A DNA stretch of 64,000 bases from Phycisphaerales bacterium JB040 (GTDB lineage Bacteria; Planctomycetota; Phycisphaerae; Phycisphaerales; UBA1924). Each line of letters opens with the position of its first letter. The first letter of the stretch is position 1. The stretch covers positions 16,206 to 80,205 of the forward strand of contig JBICID010000101.1 of the NCBI GenBank assembly GCA_043101615.1, given 5' to 3'. Under the pieces are notes generated by a model, which saw only the letters and a list, made by a program, of their open reading frames with translations, searched no databases and was not told the origin of the DNA. This document shows, piece by piece, positions 8,979 to 17,369 of this stretch. Made by a program: the position numbers and the translations under genes.

Positions 8979-11666
8979 TCAGGGGGTGGCGGGGGAGGCG
9001 GAGGCGTCCCGGGGTCGGGTGACGACCTGGGCGCTCCCGTTCAGGCCGGGTCGGGCGTGCCCCTGTGTCTCGGGTGTGATGCCCAGGGTCGCCAGGTGGG
9101 TGTGCCAGGCCTCGGTGTGCACCTGCCAGAAGTGCTCGAAGGAGTTGGCGAGGCTGAACTGCTGGATGTAGTGGTGGGCGGCCAGGCCCATCGCCTTGCG
9201 CCGGTCGTGGTCGCAGATGAGGTCGGTCAGGGTCGAGACCCAGGCCTCGTCGTCGTCGTGGTCGAGCACGTAGCCGGAGCGTCCGTGCTCGACGATCTCC
9301 TTGGGCCCGCCGACGTTGGTGACCACCGCGGGCAGCCCGGAGCCCTGGGACTCCATGACGACCTGCCCGAGTGTGTCGGTGGTGGAGGGGAAGGCGAAGA
9401 GGTCGCACCCGGCGTAGATGGAGCTGAGCTCCTCGCCGTGCCGGAAGCCCAGGAAGTGGACCCCCATTCCCTTGAGCTCCCGGGTCATGGTCTGGCGGTA
9501 GGGCCCGTCGCCGACGACGACGAGCTCGGCCTGGACGCCCCGATGGGCGGCGTTCTCGCGCACGCGCGGCCAGATCCGCGCGAGCATGGGCAGGTTCTTC
9601 TCGACGCTGACCCGCCCGCAGTAGATGACCTTGACGGTGGCGGGGTCGAGCCCGAGGCGGGGCCAGAGGCTCTCGTCTCGGAAGCGCGGGTGGAAGACCT
9701 CTGCGTCGAAGCCGGGCATGAGGTGCACGATCCGGTCGCGGTTCATGCCCAGGTTGGCCAGCGAGGTGACGTAGTCGTCCGAGCGTGTGAAGATGGTGGC
9801 GAAGGGCTTGTAGAAGCCCCGCATGAACTTCTCGCAGATCTTGGTGAGGGTGTGGTCCTCGAAGAGTCGCTCGATGTAGGCGGGGAAGTCGGTGTGGTAG
9901 ACGCCCAGGACTGGCACCCTGAGCATCTTGGCGGCCAGGAAGCCGATGCAGCCGACGGGGCCCGGGGTCGAGATGTGGATGACGTCGGGCTTGTGTCGCT
10001 CGACGTGGCTCATGATCCGCATGATCGGGGGCAGGGCGAGGTCCAGGTCGTCGTACTTGGGCATCTTCATCGCGAAGACGGGCTTGAAGTTCGTGATGTT
10101 GGGGGCGTCGGGGCACTCGAGCGGGGAGGAGGTGATGACCTCCAGGTCGCGCCCGGAGGCGTGGGCCCGCTCGGCGACGTTCTGGATGAAGCGGGACACG
10201 CCGTTGACGTCCGCGAGCGTGTCGGTGAACAGGCTGATCTTCATGGGTCGCTCCAGGACGCTGACCCGGCTTCCGGGCGCGGAGGTCTCGTGCTCGAACC
10301 GGTCGAGGAACTGGCGTTCCTTGTTCTGGTAGAACAGGCTGAGCAGGTAGGGGAGCTGGGCGAACTGCAGCATCGCGTAGCTCACCAGGTACTCTGAGAT
10401 CTTGCCGGCGTTGCGCTTGCGCAGGGCCTTCTTGGCGCTGGGGGCCATCGAGCGCGACAGCGCGTCGGTCAGGTCCTGCATGAAGGCCTGCATGTCGTCG
10501 TGCTGGCTGACCGCGGCCCCGTCGACCCAGGTGTCCGGGTTCAGGCGGTCCTTGAGGGCGGGGTAGCGTTCCAGGATCTCGGGCAGGTCGTCCCGGAGTG
10601 CGCGGACGATGGGGAGCGACTTCTTTTTCTTGCCCAGCCAGACCTTCTGGGCGACCTTGTAGGCCGCGACCCGCTTCTTGCTGGGCGACTCCATGTGCAC
10701 GCCGAAGAAGCGGAGCAGCTTGGCGGAGACGTACTTGCCCACGGGTGAGCGTTTGCGGGTGAGGTGTCGCCCGAAGTAGTTGGCCCCGACGGTCGAGATC
10801 TGGTGGGCCAGCAGGGCGGAGTGCCCGCCCAGCCCCTCGGAGCGGCTCTCTCCCCCGGCCATCACGCGCCGCATGAAGTCGTGGGGGTTGGTCAGCACGC
10901 CCCCGGGCGTGTCCAGCTCGGTCCAGGTGCGCCCGATGTTGAGCAGGGCGTGGTCGTCGGAGCCGCCGGTGATGGCCTTGATCCAGGGGCGGTCGTGGCG
11001 TGCCCGCAACGCGTGCTTGGCCTCGAGCGCCTCGACCTGCTCGCGGTCCAGGTCGCTCACGAAGCGGTGGATCGCCCGGTTGAGGTGGTCCGAGTGGGCC
11101 CCGTTGATGCACTCGAAGCCCTTGAACAGCAGCACGCACCGCTCGACGTGCCACCGGGTCAGGCGCCCGTTCTGGATGTACAGCGGGTGGGCGAACGAGT
11201 GCGGGAGGGCGTTCTCCTCCAGCCAGTCCGCGAAGGCGTAGACGTCGGAGCGGAGGCTGTCGCGGTCGATCTGGTCGGCCAGGTCCGGTGTCAGCCCCCA
11301 GACCAAGACGTGCAGCAGGCACTTGTCCTCGGGGAAGCGGACGGAGACCTCCTGGCCGACGATGAAGCGTTCGAAGCCGCGGTCGACCAGCTCCATCGCC
11401 CCGGCGATGGTGTCGTGGTCGGTGATGGTGACCAGGTCCATCCCGCGCGCCACGGCCTGGTCGTACACCTGCTCCGGCTCGGAGTAGCACTCCGGGCAGC
11501 CGATGACCCCGGCCGCGGCCATGACGGGCTTGTCCGAGGCCTTGGAGTGGCAGTGGGTGTCGAGGCGGGTGATCAGGCCGTCGGGCGTGGGGGCGTCGGG
11601 TCCGCCCCCTGTGCGGGTTCGGGCGGGCGCGTCTCCGTTCTGTGTCGCGTGCTGGTCGCGTGTCAT
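8979..11666 (-). CDS. PHP (polymerase/histidinol-phosphatase-like) domain fused to a GT4-type glycosyltransferase
   Basis: The N-terminus has DTHCHSKASD...ITDHD (PHP metal motifs). The C-terminal half (KISLFTDTLADVNGVSRFIQN...GVYHTDFP...FPSTTDTLGQVVMESQGSGLP) is GT4/GT-B-like. I chose the start at MTRDQ (cat 11664-11666) because GAGGAG lies upstream. An alternative start is at 11738. Confidence 0.85.
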   Translation of the reverse strand: MTRDQHATQNGDAPARTRTGGGPDAPTPDGLITRLDTHCHSKASDKPVMAAAGVIGCPECYSEPEQVYDQAVARGMDLVTITDHDTIAGAMELVDRGFERFIVGQEVSVRFPEDKCLLHVLVWGLTPDLADQIDRDSLRSDVYAFADWLEENALPHSFAHPLYIQNGRLTRWHVERCVLLFKGFECINGAHSDHLNRAIHRFVSDLDREQVEALEAKHALRARHDRPWIKAITGGSDDHALLNIGRTWTELDTPGGVLTNPHDFMRRVMAGGESRSEGLGGHSALLAHQISTVGANYFGRHLTRKRSPVGKYVSAKLLRFFGVHMESPSKKRVAAYKVAQKVWLGKKKKSLPIVRALRDDLPEILERYPALKDRLNPDTWVDGAAVSQHDDMQAFMQDLTDALSRSMAPSAKKALRKRNAGKISEYLVSYAMLQFAQLPYLLSLFYQNKERQFLDRFEHETSAPGSRVSVLERPMKISLFTDTLADVNGVSRFIQNVAERAHASGRDLEVITSSPLECPDAPNITNFKPVFAMKMPKYDDLDLALPPIMRIMSHVERHKPDVIHISTPGPVGCIGFLAAKMLRVPVLGVYHTDFPAYIERLFEDHTLTKICEKFMRGFYKPFATIFTRSDDYVTSLANLGMNRDRIVHLMPGFDAEVFHPRFRDESLWPRLGLDPATVKVIYCGRVSVEKNLPMLARIWPRVRENAAHRGVQAELVVVGDGPYRQTMTRELKGMGVHFLGFRHGEELSSIYAGCDLFAFPSTTDTLGQVVMESQGSGLPAVVTNVGGPKEIVEHGRSGYVLDHDDDEAWVSTLTDLICDHDRRKAMGLAAHHYIQQFSLANSFEHFWQVHTEAWHTHLATLGITPETQGHARPGLNGSAQVVTRPRDASASPATP

Positions 11667-11890
11667 CTGGCCATCTCCTCGGCCTGCACCCCGGCGGAGC
11701 GGAGATCGGGCGTCCTGCCCGATGCGTGGCTGCCGCAAGGGTGGGAACGGATGTCTTGCGCCGGCCAGAGTTTATCCGGCGCACCGCCCCGGGCCGTGCG
11801 GCGCCGTGGCGTGTCCCCGATTTCACCGTTCTTTGACAGACCGGGCTGACCGTTTCATCGCGTGTTCTCGGACGGGCGCTCCGGGGGCCC

Positions 11891-11926
11891 AAAAAAACCC
11901 CGCGCCGGGGGGTCACCGGCGCGGGG
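11891..11926 (-). terminator. strong rho-independent terminator on the minus strand, with no CDS upstream of it
   Basis: ccccgcgccgg/ccggcgcgggg forms an 11-bp perfect stem (11898-11908 with 11916-11926) with a 7-nt loop. On the plus strand it is preceded by A7 (11891-11897), which is U7 following the hairpin on the minus strand. Confidence 0.75.
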
Positions 11927-12198
11927 GCATGCAGGGGCAGGCCGCGGGGTCGGGCGGTGGCGACTCCAACCCGACTCCCCGATCCGATGCGGCGAGCCCA
12001 CGGAACTGCGGGCCAAGGGTGCGTTGCGGATCGCGCCGCGACGAACGAGGGGCGGGGGAGGACTGGGGCCCCGGTCGGGCTGTGCGGGCTGGGCAAGGCC
12101 CCGCCCGGTTCCGGGGCCCGGTCGAGGGCGGAGGAGCGACTTCGCGGACCGAGCGTGCCTGCGCGGCCCGGGGGTGGCGGCGTGGGTAGCCTTGCCGG

Positions 12199-12909
12199 AT
12201 GGACCTCCGAGTGATCTCGATCGGCGCCCTCGCGGCTCACCCGTTGCGCAACGAACGCGGCTCCGTGCGCACGGGGCACGCCACCACCAGCCTGGTGCGG
12301 GCCGGGGACGCGGTGATCCTGGTGGACCCGGGGCTGCCCGGGCCAGCGATCGAGGCCCGCCTGGGCGAGCGGGTGGGGCTGAAGCCGTCTGACATCACGC
12401 ACGTGTTCCTGACGAGCTTTCACCCGGAGTGCCGTCGCGGGCTCGGGATCTTCGACAAGGCCGAGTGGCTGCTGAGCGAGCGAGAGCGGGAGGGCGTGGG
12501 GGTGCCGCTGGCGCAGTCGCTGGCGAGGCTGCACGAGAGCGTGGAGGCAGCGAAGCATGCCGGTGAGGCCCCGCCCGAGGACCACGCGCTGATGAGCGAG
12601 GTGGTGCGGACGGACATCGCGGTGCTGCAGAAGTGTCGGGCGGCGCCGGACTCGCTGGCGCCGGGGGTGGACCTGTTCCCGCTGCCGGGCGTCACGCCCG
12701 GGCTGTGCGGGCTGCTGCTGGCCGAGCCGACACGGACGGTGCTGATCTGCGGCGACGCGATCCCGACCGTGGAGCACCTCGAGCAGGGCAAGGTGCTGCC
12801 CGACACCGACGACCGCGAGCAGGCGCAGGAGAGCTTCAAGGAAGCGATCGAGATCGCGGACGTGCTCGTGCTCGGGCGGGACAACTGGGTGGCGAACAAG
12901 ACGCGGTGA
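12199..12909 (+). CDS. MBL-fold-like protein with a degenerate metal motif
   Basis: The layout resembles metallo-beta-lactamase fold proteins (VILVDPG...HVFLTSFHPECRRG...ICGDAIP). The canonical HxHxDH is replaced by SFHPECRR. This is a weak homology call made by eye. Confidence 0.55.
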   Translation: MDLRVISIGALAAHPLRNERGSVRTGHATTSLVRAGDAVILVDPGLPGPAIEARLGERVGLKPSDITHVFLTSFHPECRRGLGIFDKAEWLLSEREREGVGVPLAQSLARLHESVEAAKHAGEAPPEDHALMSEVVRTDIAVLQKCRAAPDSLAPGVDLFPLPGVTPGLCGLLLAEPTRTVLICGDAIPTVEHLEQGKVLPDTDDREQAQESFKEAIEIADVLVLGRDNWVANKTR

Positions 12910-12910
12910 G

Positions 12911-13096
12911 GAAAGACGGGTACGCGGAGGCGCGGAGTGAAGACGCGGAGACGCAGAGAAAGAAAGTACGGGCCTGAACGCGGAGTTCGCGCTCGGGGCT
13001 AGTAAAGAAAAACTGTCTCTCTCCGCGCCCTCCGCGTTCATGCCTGTCTTTCTCTGCGCCTCTGCGGTCCTCCGCGCCTCCGCGTACGGGTCTTTC
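12911..13096. repeat. about 186-bp imperfect inverted repeat (palindromic intergenic element) built from gcgcggag-like words
   Basis: The left arm is 12911-12985 (gaaagacgggtacgcggaggcgcggag...). The right arm is 13030-13096 (...ctccgcgcctccgcgtacgggtctttc) and is its imperfect reverse complement. The central loop carries gcgctcggggctagta, which recurs at 16110-16125. Confidence 0.8.
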
Positions 13097-13124
13097 TGGC
13101 TTTCCTTGTTGCTACGCTGGATCC

Positions 13125-15932
13125 ATGCCCGAAGAGTTTGCTGGCATCCGGTTCGGGGGGACGCTGCGTGACAACCAGGAGCGGGCCGCGGCGGCCATCC
13201 GTAAGCAGCTCGCGCGCGGGGAACGGCGTCTGCACATCGTCGCGCCGCCGGGGTCGGGCAAGACGGTGCTCGGGCTGTACGTGTGGGCGGAGTTGATGCG
13301 AACGCCCGCGGCGGTGCTGAGCCCGACGTCGGCGATCCAGAGCCAGTGGCTGAGCCGTGCGTCGCTGTTCGGGGTGGAGCGTCGTGACGAGCGTCTGAGC
13401 GACGATCCCGGGCGTCCGGGGCTGCTGACCTCGCTGACGTATCAGGCCGTGACGATGCCGGCGCGGGCCGACGAGGAGCTGGATCACGCGGCCCGGTCGC
13501 TGTGGATCGAGACGCTGGTCGCCGACGGGCACGCCGACGATCCGGACGAGGCGGCGGTGTGGGTTGATGACCTGCGCGCGCGCAACCCGGCGTACCACGA
13601 CAAGCGCCTGGCGTCGTACCGCAGGAAGGTGACCGAGGCCCGGACGTACGCGGGCGAGGCGACGAGCACGCTGCACGCGGGCGCGCTCGACGCGATCCGT
13701 CGCCTGCGCGAGCGCGGCGTGGGGCTGGTGATCCTGGACGAGTGCCACCACCTGCTGGGGCACTGGGGGCGTGTGCTGGCCGACGCGCACGACCTGCTCG
13801 ACGGGCCGGTGGTGCTGGGGCTGACCGCGACGCCGCCGGACGAGCGTGGGCGGGACGAGCGGGACACGGCCCGGTACGCCGAGTTCCTGGGTGAGGTGGA
13901 CTTCGAGGTGCCGATCCCGGCGGTGGTGAAGGAGGGGCACCTGGCGCCGTACCAGGACCTGGTGCACTTCGTGCGTCCGACGCCGGACGAGCTGGAGTTC
14001 GTGGCCGGGGCGGACCGTGCCTTGCATGAGCTGGTGGAGGAATTGTGCGCACACAGAGAGCAACCAGCAGTGGAGTCCGGGCGGGTGGCTTCCCTGCCCG
14101 AGTGGCTGGCGGAGACGCTGGCGACTCGCCGCCTGCCGACGGGTACTGCCAAGACATGGAACGCGTTTGCGCGTCGGGACGAGACGCTGGCGTGGGCGGG
14201 GCCGCTGTTCCTGCATCGGCGGGGGGTTGCGATCCCGGAGGGCGTGCCGTCGCCGGACGCGGGGACGCTGGCGGACCCGCCGCCCGAGGACGCGGTGGCG
14301 GTGGCGGTGCTGGACCGGTACGTGCGTCACGCGCTGCGTCGGAGCGCCTCGCCCGAGGACCACGCGCTTGCGGAGCGGGTGGTGGACCGGCTGCGGCTGC
14401 TGGGGGTGCAGATCACGGAGACGGGGTCGAGGCCGTGCGCGTCGCCGGTGGGGCGTGTGCTCGCGTACTCGAAGGCGAAGGCCGCGGGGGTGGTGGAGGT
14501 GCTGAAGGCGGAGCGGCGGACCTTGGGCGAGTCGATCCGGGCGGTGGTGGTGACGGACTTTGAGCGCACGAGCGCTCAACTCGGCGCGGCCGGTGAGGTG
14601 GCGGACGAGACCACGGGCGGGGCGATCGCGGTGTTTCGGGCGCTGCTGAGCGATGAGGAGACGGACGCGCTGGACCCGGTGCTGGTGACGGGCAGCACCA
14701 TTCTGGTGGACGACGACCTGGTGGATCGGTTCCTGGGCGAGGCTCGGGCGTGGCTGGCGGAGCACGCGACCGGGGAGGTCACCCTTGAGGCGGAGATGAA
14801 CGAAGCGTTCGGCGTGGTCACGGGGCGTGGTGAGGGGTGGGGGCCGCGTTTGTACGTCGCGATGATCACGGCACTCTTTCAGGCGGGGGTCACGCGCTGC
14901 CTCGTCGGCACGCGCGGCTTGCTGGGCGAGGGCTGGGACGCGGCCAAGACCAACGTGCTGATCGACCTGACCGCGGTGACGACCTCGATGAGCGTGAATC
15001 AATTGCGCGGGCGGTCGATCCGGCTCGACCCGGAGCTGCCGGGCAAGGTGGCGAACAACTGGGACGTCATCTGCACGGCCGACGAGTTCGCCCGCGGGCT
15101 GAGCGACTACGAGCGGTTCCGCGATCGGCACGCGACGTGGTACGGCGTGACCGAGGACGGGCAAGTGGAGAAGGGCGTGGGGCACGTGCACGCCTCGTTC
15201 ACGGACCTGGCCCCTGAGTCTTTGGCCGAACTCATGCCCGCGATCAACGCGGAGATGCTGGGTCGGGCGTCGCGGCGCGACGAGGCACGCGGGCGCTGGG
15301 ACATCGGCGGCCCGTTCGAGGGCGTGGCGACTCCGATGCTGGAGGCGAGGCCGAGCGTGGCGGCGGAAGGGCAGTCCGGCGGCTTCCCGGTGTTCCAGGG
15401 TCAGAAGGAGGCGTGGAGTGAAGTCAGCCTGACGCGCGCGGTGGCGAAGGCGGTGCTGGGGGCGCTTCGGGACGCGGGGCTGGTGGAGCGGGGTGACGAC
15501 ACGGGTTTGCAGGTCACGGCCCGCTCGGGCGGGTACGTGCGGGTGATGGCGGGGGACCTGGGCGAGGACGAGTGCTCGCTGTTCATGGCGTCGCTGGCGG
15601 AGGCGCTGGGGCCGATCGACCGACCGCGGTACATCATCGAGCGGGTGGTGCGGAACCGGCACGAAACGCTGCTGTCGAGGCTGTTGCCCGGGGTCATCGG
15701 GCGGTACTTCCGGCGGACGCGTCTGGAGGTGGCGATGCTGCACGCGGTGCCGAGTGCGCTGGCGCGGAACAAGGAGCTGGCGGACGTGTACCGGCGTCAT
15801 TGGGGGGCGCACGTCGGGCCGGGTCGCGTGCTGTACACGCACCGGGGCGAGGGGGAGAAGGTGCTGCACGAGGCGTTGGCGGGGGGGATGACGCCGCGTC
15901 ATGGGGCACGGGCGGGGGAGGTGTTCCGGTAG
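13125..15932 (+). CDS. superfamily-2 DEAD/DEAH-box helicase family protein (935 aa) with an uncharacterised C-terminal region
   Basis: Walker A APPGSGKT, motif II ILDECHH, motif III GLTATPP and motif VI QLRGRSIR. About 300 aa of the C-terminus have no motif I recognise. Confidence 0.9.
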   Translation: MPEEFAGIRFGGTLRDNQERAAAAIRKQLARGERRLHIVAPPGSGKTVLGLYVWAELMRTPAAVLSPTSAIQSQWLSRASLFGVERRDERLSDDPGRPGLLTSLTYQAVTMPARADEELDHAARSLWIETLVADGHADDPDEAAVWVDDLRARNPAYHDKRLASYRRKVTEARTYAGEATSTLHAGALDAIRRLRERGVGLVILDECHHLLGHWGRVLADAHDLLDGPVVLGLTATPPDERGRDERDTARYAEFLGEVDFEVPIPAVVKEGHLAPYQDLVHFVRPTPDELEFVAGADRALHELVEELCAHREQPAVESGRVASLPEWLAETLATRRLPTGTAKTWNAFARRDETLAWAGPLFLHRRGVAIPEGVPSPDAGTLADPPPEDAVAVAVLDRYVRHALRRSASPEDHALAERVVDRLRLLGVQITETGSRPCASPVGRVLAYSKAKAAGVVEVLKAERRTLGESIRAVVVTDFERTSAQLGAAGEVADETTGGAIAVFRALLSDEETDALDPVLVTGSTILVDDDLVDRFLGEARAWLAEHATGEVTLEAEMNEAFGVVTGRGEGWGPRLYVAMITALFQAGVTRCLVGTRGLLGEGWDAAKTNVLIDLTAVTTSMSVNQLRGRSIRLDPELPGKVANNWDVICTADEFARGLSDYERFRDRHATWYGVTEDGQVEKGVGHVHASFTDLAPESLAELMPAINAEMLGRASRRDEARGRWDIGGPFEGVATPMLEARPSVAAEGQSGGFPVFQGQKEAWSEVSLTRAVAKAVLGALRDAGLVERGDDTGLQVTARSGGYVRVMAGDLGEDECSLFMASLAEALGPIDRPRYIIERVVRNRHETLLSRLLPGVIGRYFRRTRLEVAMLHAVPSALARNKELADVYRRHWGAHVGPGRVLYTHRGEGEKVLHEALAGGMTPRHGARAGEVFR

Positions 15933-15953
15933 GGGGGAGGGAGGGGGGCGTTC

Positions 15954-16174
15954 ACGGAGGCGCGGAGGACCGCGGAGGCGCGGAGAGAGCGCTTGGGGCG
16001 GTGCCCTGCTTCGACGCGCAGCGCGAAGCAGGCTTTGGGTGGGGAGGCCGCCTTAGCCCTTAGGGTCGAAGGCGGGCACCCGAGCATGTAGACAAGAACC
16101 CCTTCGCTGGCGCTCGGGGCTAGTACTTGGTTTTCTTTGCGTCTTGGCGCTGCTTTGCGTCTTGGCGTTCGCGT
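15954..16174. repeat. composite intergenic repeat region related to the 12911..13096 element
   Basis: 15954-15988 (acggaggcgcggaggaccgcggaggcgcggagag) closely matches the arms of the 12911 element. Other pieces are a hairpin ctgcttcg...cgaagcag (16006-16031), an 18-nt exact inverted copy of 23904-23921 at 16063-16080, gcgctcggggctagta at 16110-16125, and the 15-mer ctttgcgtcttggcg twice (16135-16149 and 16153-16167). Confidence 0.7.
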
Positions 16175-17341
16175 TTAGGCGAGCGCCTGGTCCAGGTCCG
16201 CGATGAGGTCCTCGACGTCCTCGATGCCGACGGAGAGGCGGACGAGGGAGTCGGAGATGCCGAGGGTTTTGCGTTGCTCGGGTGGGACGCTGGCGTGGGT
16301 CATGATGGCGGGGTGCTCGATCAGGGACTCGACGCCGCCGAGCGATTCGGCGAGGCTGAAGAGGCGGGTCTTCTCGAGCATCTTCTTCGCGGCGTCGAGG
16401 CCGCCGGTGAGGTAGATCGTGATCATGCCGCCGTAGCCGTTCTCGGTGTGCATCTGGCGGTTGGCGAGGTCGTGCTGGGGGTGGCTGGGGAGGCCGGGGT
16501 AGATGACCTTCTCGACGGCGGGGTGGTCGTCAAGGTGCTTGGCGATGGCCATGGCGTTCTCGCCGTGGCGCTGCACGCGGATCTGGAGCGTTTTGGTCGA
16601 GCGGAGCATGAGGAAGCACTCGTTGATGCCGGGGACGGCGCCCTCGGAGAGCTGCAGGAACTTGAGTTTCTTGTGCAACTCGTCGTCGTTGGTGATCAGC
16701 GCGCCGCCGATGCAGTCGGAGTGGCCGCCGATGTACTTGGTGAGCGAGTGGCAGACGATGTCGGCCCCGAGGGCGAGCGGGTTCTGCAGGACGGGGCTGG
16801 CGAAGGTGTTGTCCACGGCCAGGATCGCGTTGTGGGCCTTGCTGGCCTTGGCGACCGCGGCGATGTCCACGATCTTGAGTGTCGGGTTGGTCGGCGTCTC
16901 GAGCCAGACGAGCCTGGTGTTGGGCTTGAAGGCCGCTTTGAGGGCCTCGGTGTCGGTCATGTCCACGAGTGAGATCTGGATGCCGAGCTGCTGGAAGACG
17001 CGGTGGAAGAGTCGGTTGGTGCCGCCGTACACGTCGTCGCAGAGCAGGACGTGGTCGCCGGCGGAGAGGAGGTGGATGACGGCGCCGGTCGCGGCGACGC
17101 CGGAGGCGTAGACGAGGCCGTGCGTGCCGCCTTCGAGCGAGGCGAGGTTCTTCTCGAGCGCGGTGCGTGTGGGGTTGGCGGCGCGGGAGTAGTCGTAGTC
17201 CTCGATGAACTCGCCGGGTGACTTCTGGACGAAGGTGGAGGTCTGGTAGATGGGCGTCATGATGGCGCCGGTGGCGGGGTCGGGGTGCTGGCCGGCGTGG
17301 ATGGCGCGGGTGGCGAACTTGTCGGAGGGGGAGTGGGTCAT
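16175..17341 (-). CDS. PLP-dependent trans-sulfuration enzyme (cystathionine gamma-lyase/gamma-synthase family)
   Basis: FATRAIHAGQ...IYQTSTF...SLTKYIGGHSD (PLP-lysine motif). The start is uncertain: MTHSPS at 17341, or 17374. Confidence 0.9.
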   Translation of the reverse strand: MTHSPSDKFATRAIHAGQHPDPATGAIMTPIYQTSTFVQKSPGEFIEDYDYSRAANPTRTALEKNLASLEGGTHGLVYASGVAATGAVIHLLSAGDHVLLCDDVYGGTNRLFHRVFQQLGIQISLVDMTDTEALKAAFKPNTRLVWLETPTNPTLKIVDIAAVAKASKAHNAILAVDNTFASPVLQNPLALGADIVCHSLTKYIGGHSDCIGGALITNDDELHKKLKFLQLSEGAVPGINECFLMLRSTKTLQIRVQRHGENAMAIAKHLDDHPAVEKVIYPGLPSHPQHDLANRQMHTENGYGGMITIYLTGGLDAAKKMLEKTRLFSLAESLGGVESLIEHPAIMTHASVPPEQRKTLGISDSLVRLSVGIEDVEDLIADLDQALA

Positions 17342-17369
17342 GGGGGGCTTTCGGGAGGGAGGACCGGGC

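Noticed and set aside
8226-9022. Alternative-frame ORFs over the histone-like gene (8226..8879 and 8315..9022).
   Set aside because: Frame 8401..8862 has an SD site, ends just before a strong terminator and gives the regular KKPAAK-type repeat. The other frames give His/Gln/Arg- or Pro/Arg-rich strings from the same DNA repeat.
11950-11990. A tRNA- or tmRNA-like 3' end (minus strand ...GGGUUGGAGUCGCCACC...).
   Set aside because: The segment flanking GGUUGGA cannot form a T-arm stem. I found no acceptor pairing or CCA context, and no tag-peptide frame. I kept the region only as an unassigned structured RNA candidate.
8071-14157. A 2028-aa ORF on the minus strand, the longest in the track.
   Set aside because: Its composition is dominated by Arg/Pro/Ala/Gly. 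It runs antisense to, or out of frame with, four well-supported genes: the histone-like gene, the PHP-GT4 gene, the MBL-like gene and the helicase. This is a typical stop-codon-poor shadow frame in DNA above 70% G+C.
12911-16174. The idea that the repeated gcgcggag-type words form a CRISPR array.
   Set aside because: There are no regularly spaced identical direct repeats with unique spacers. The words are arranged as inverted arms and mosaics, and no cas genes are present.
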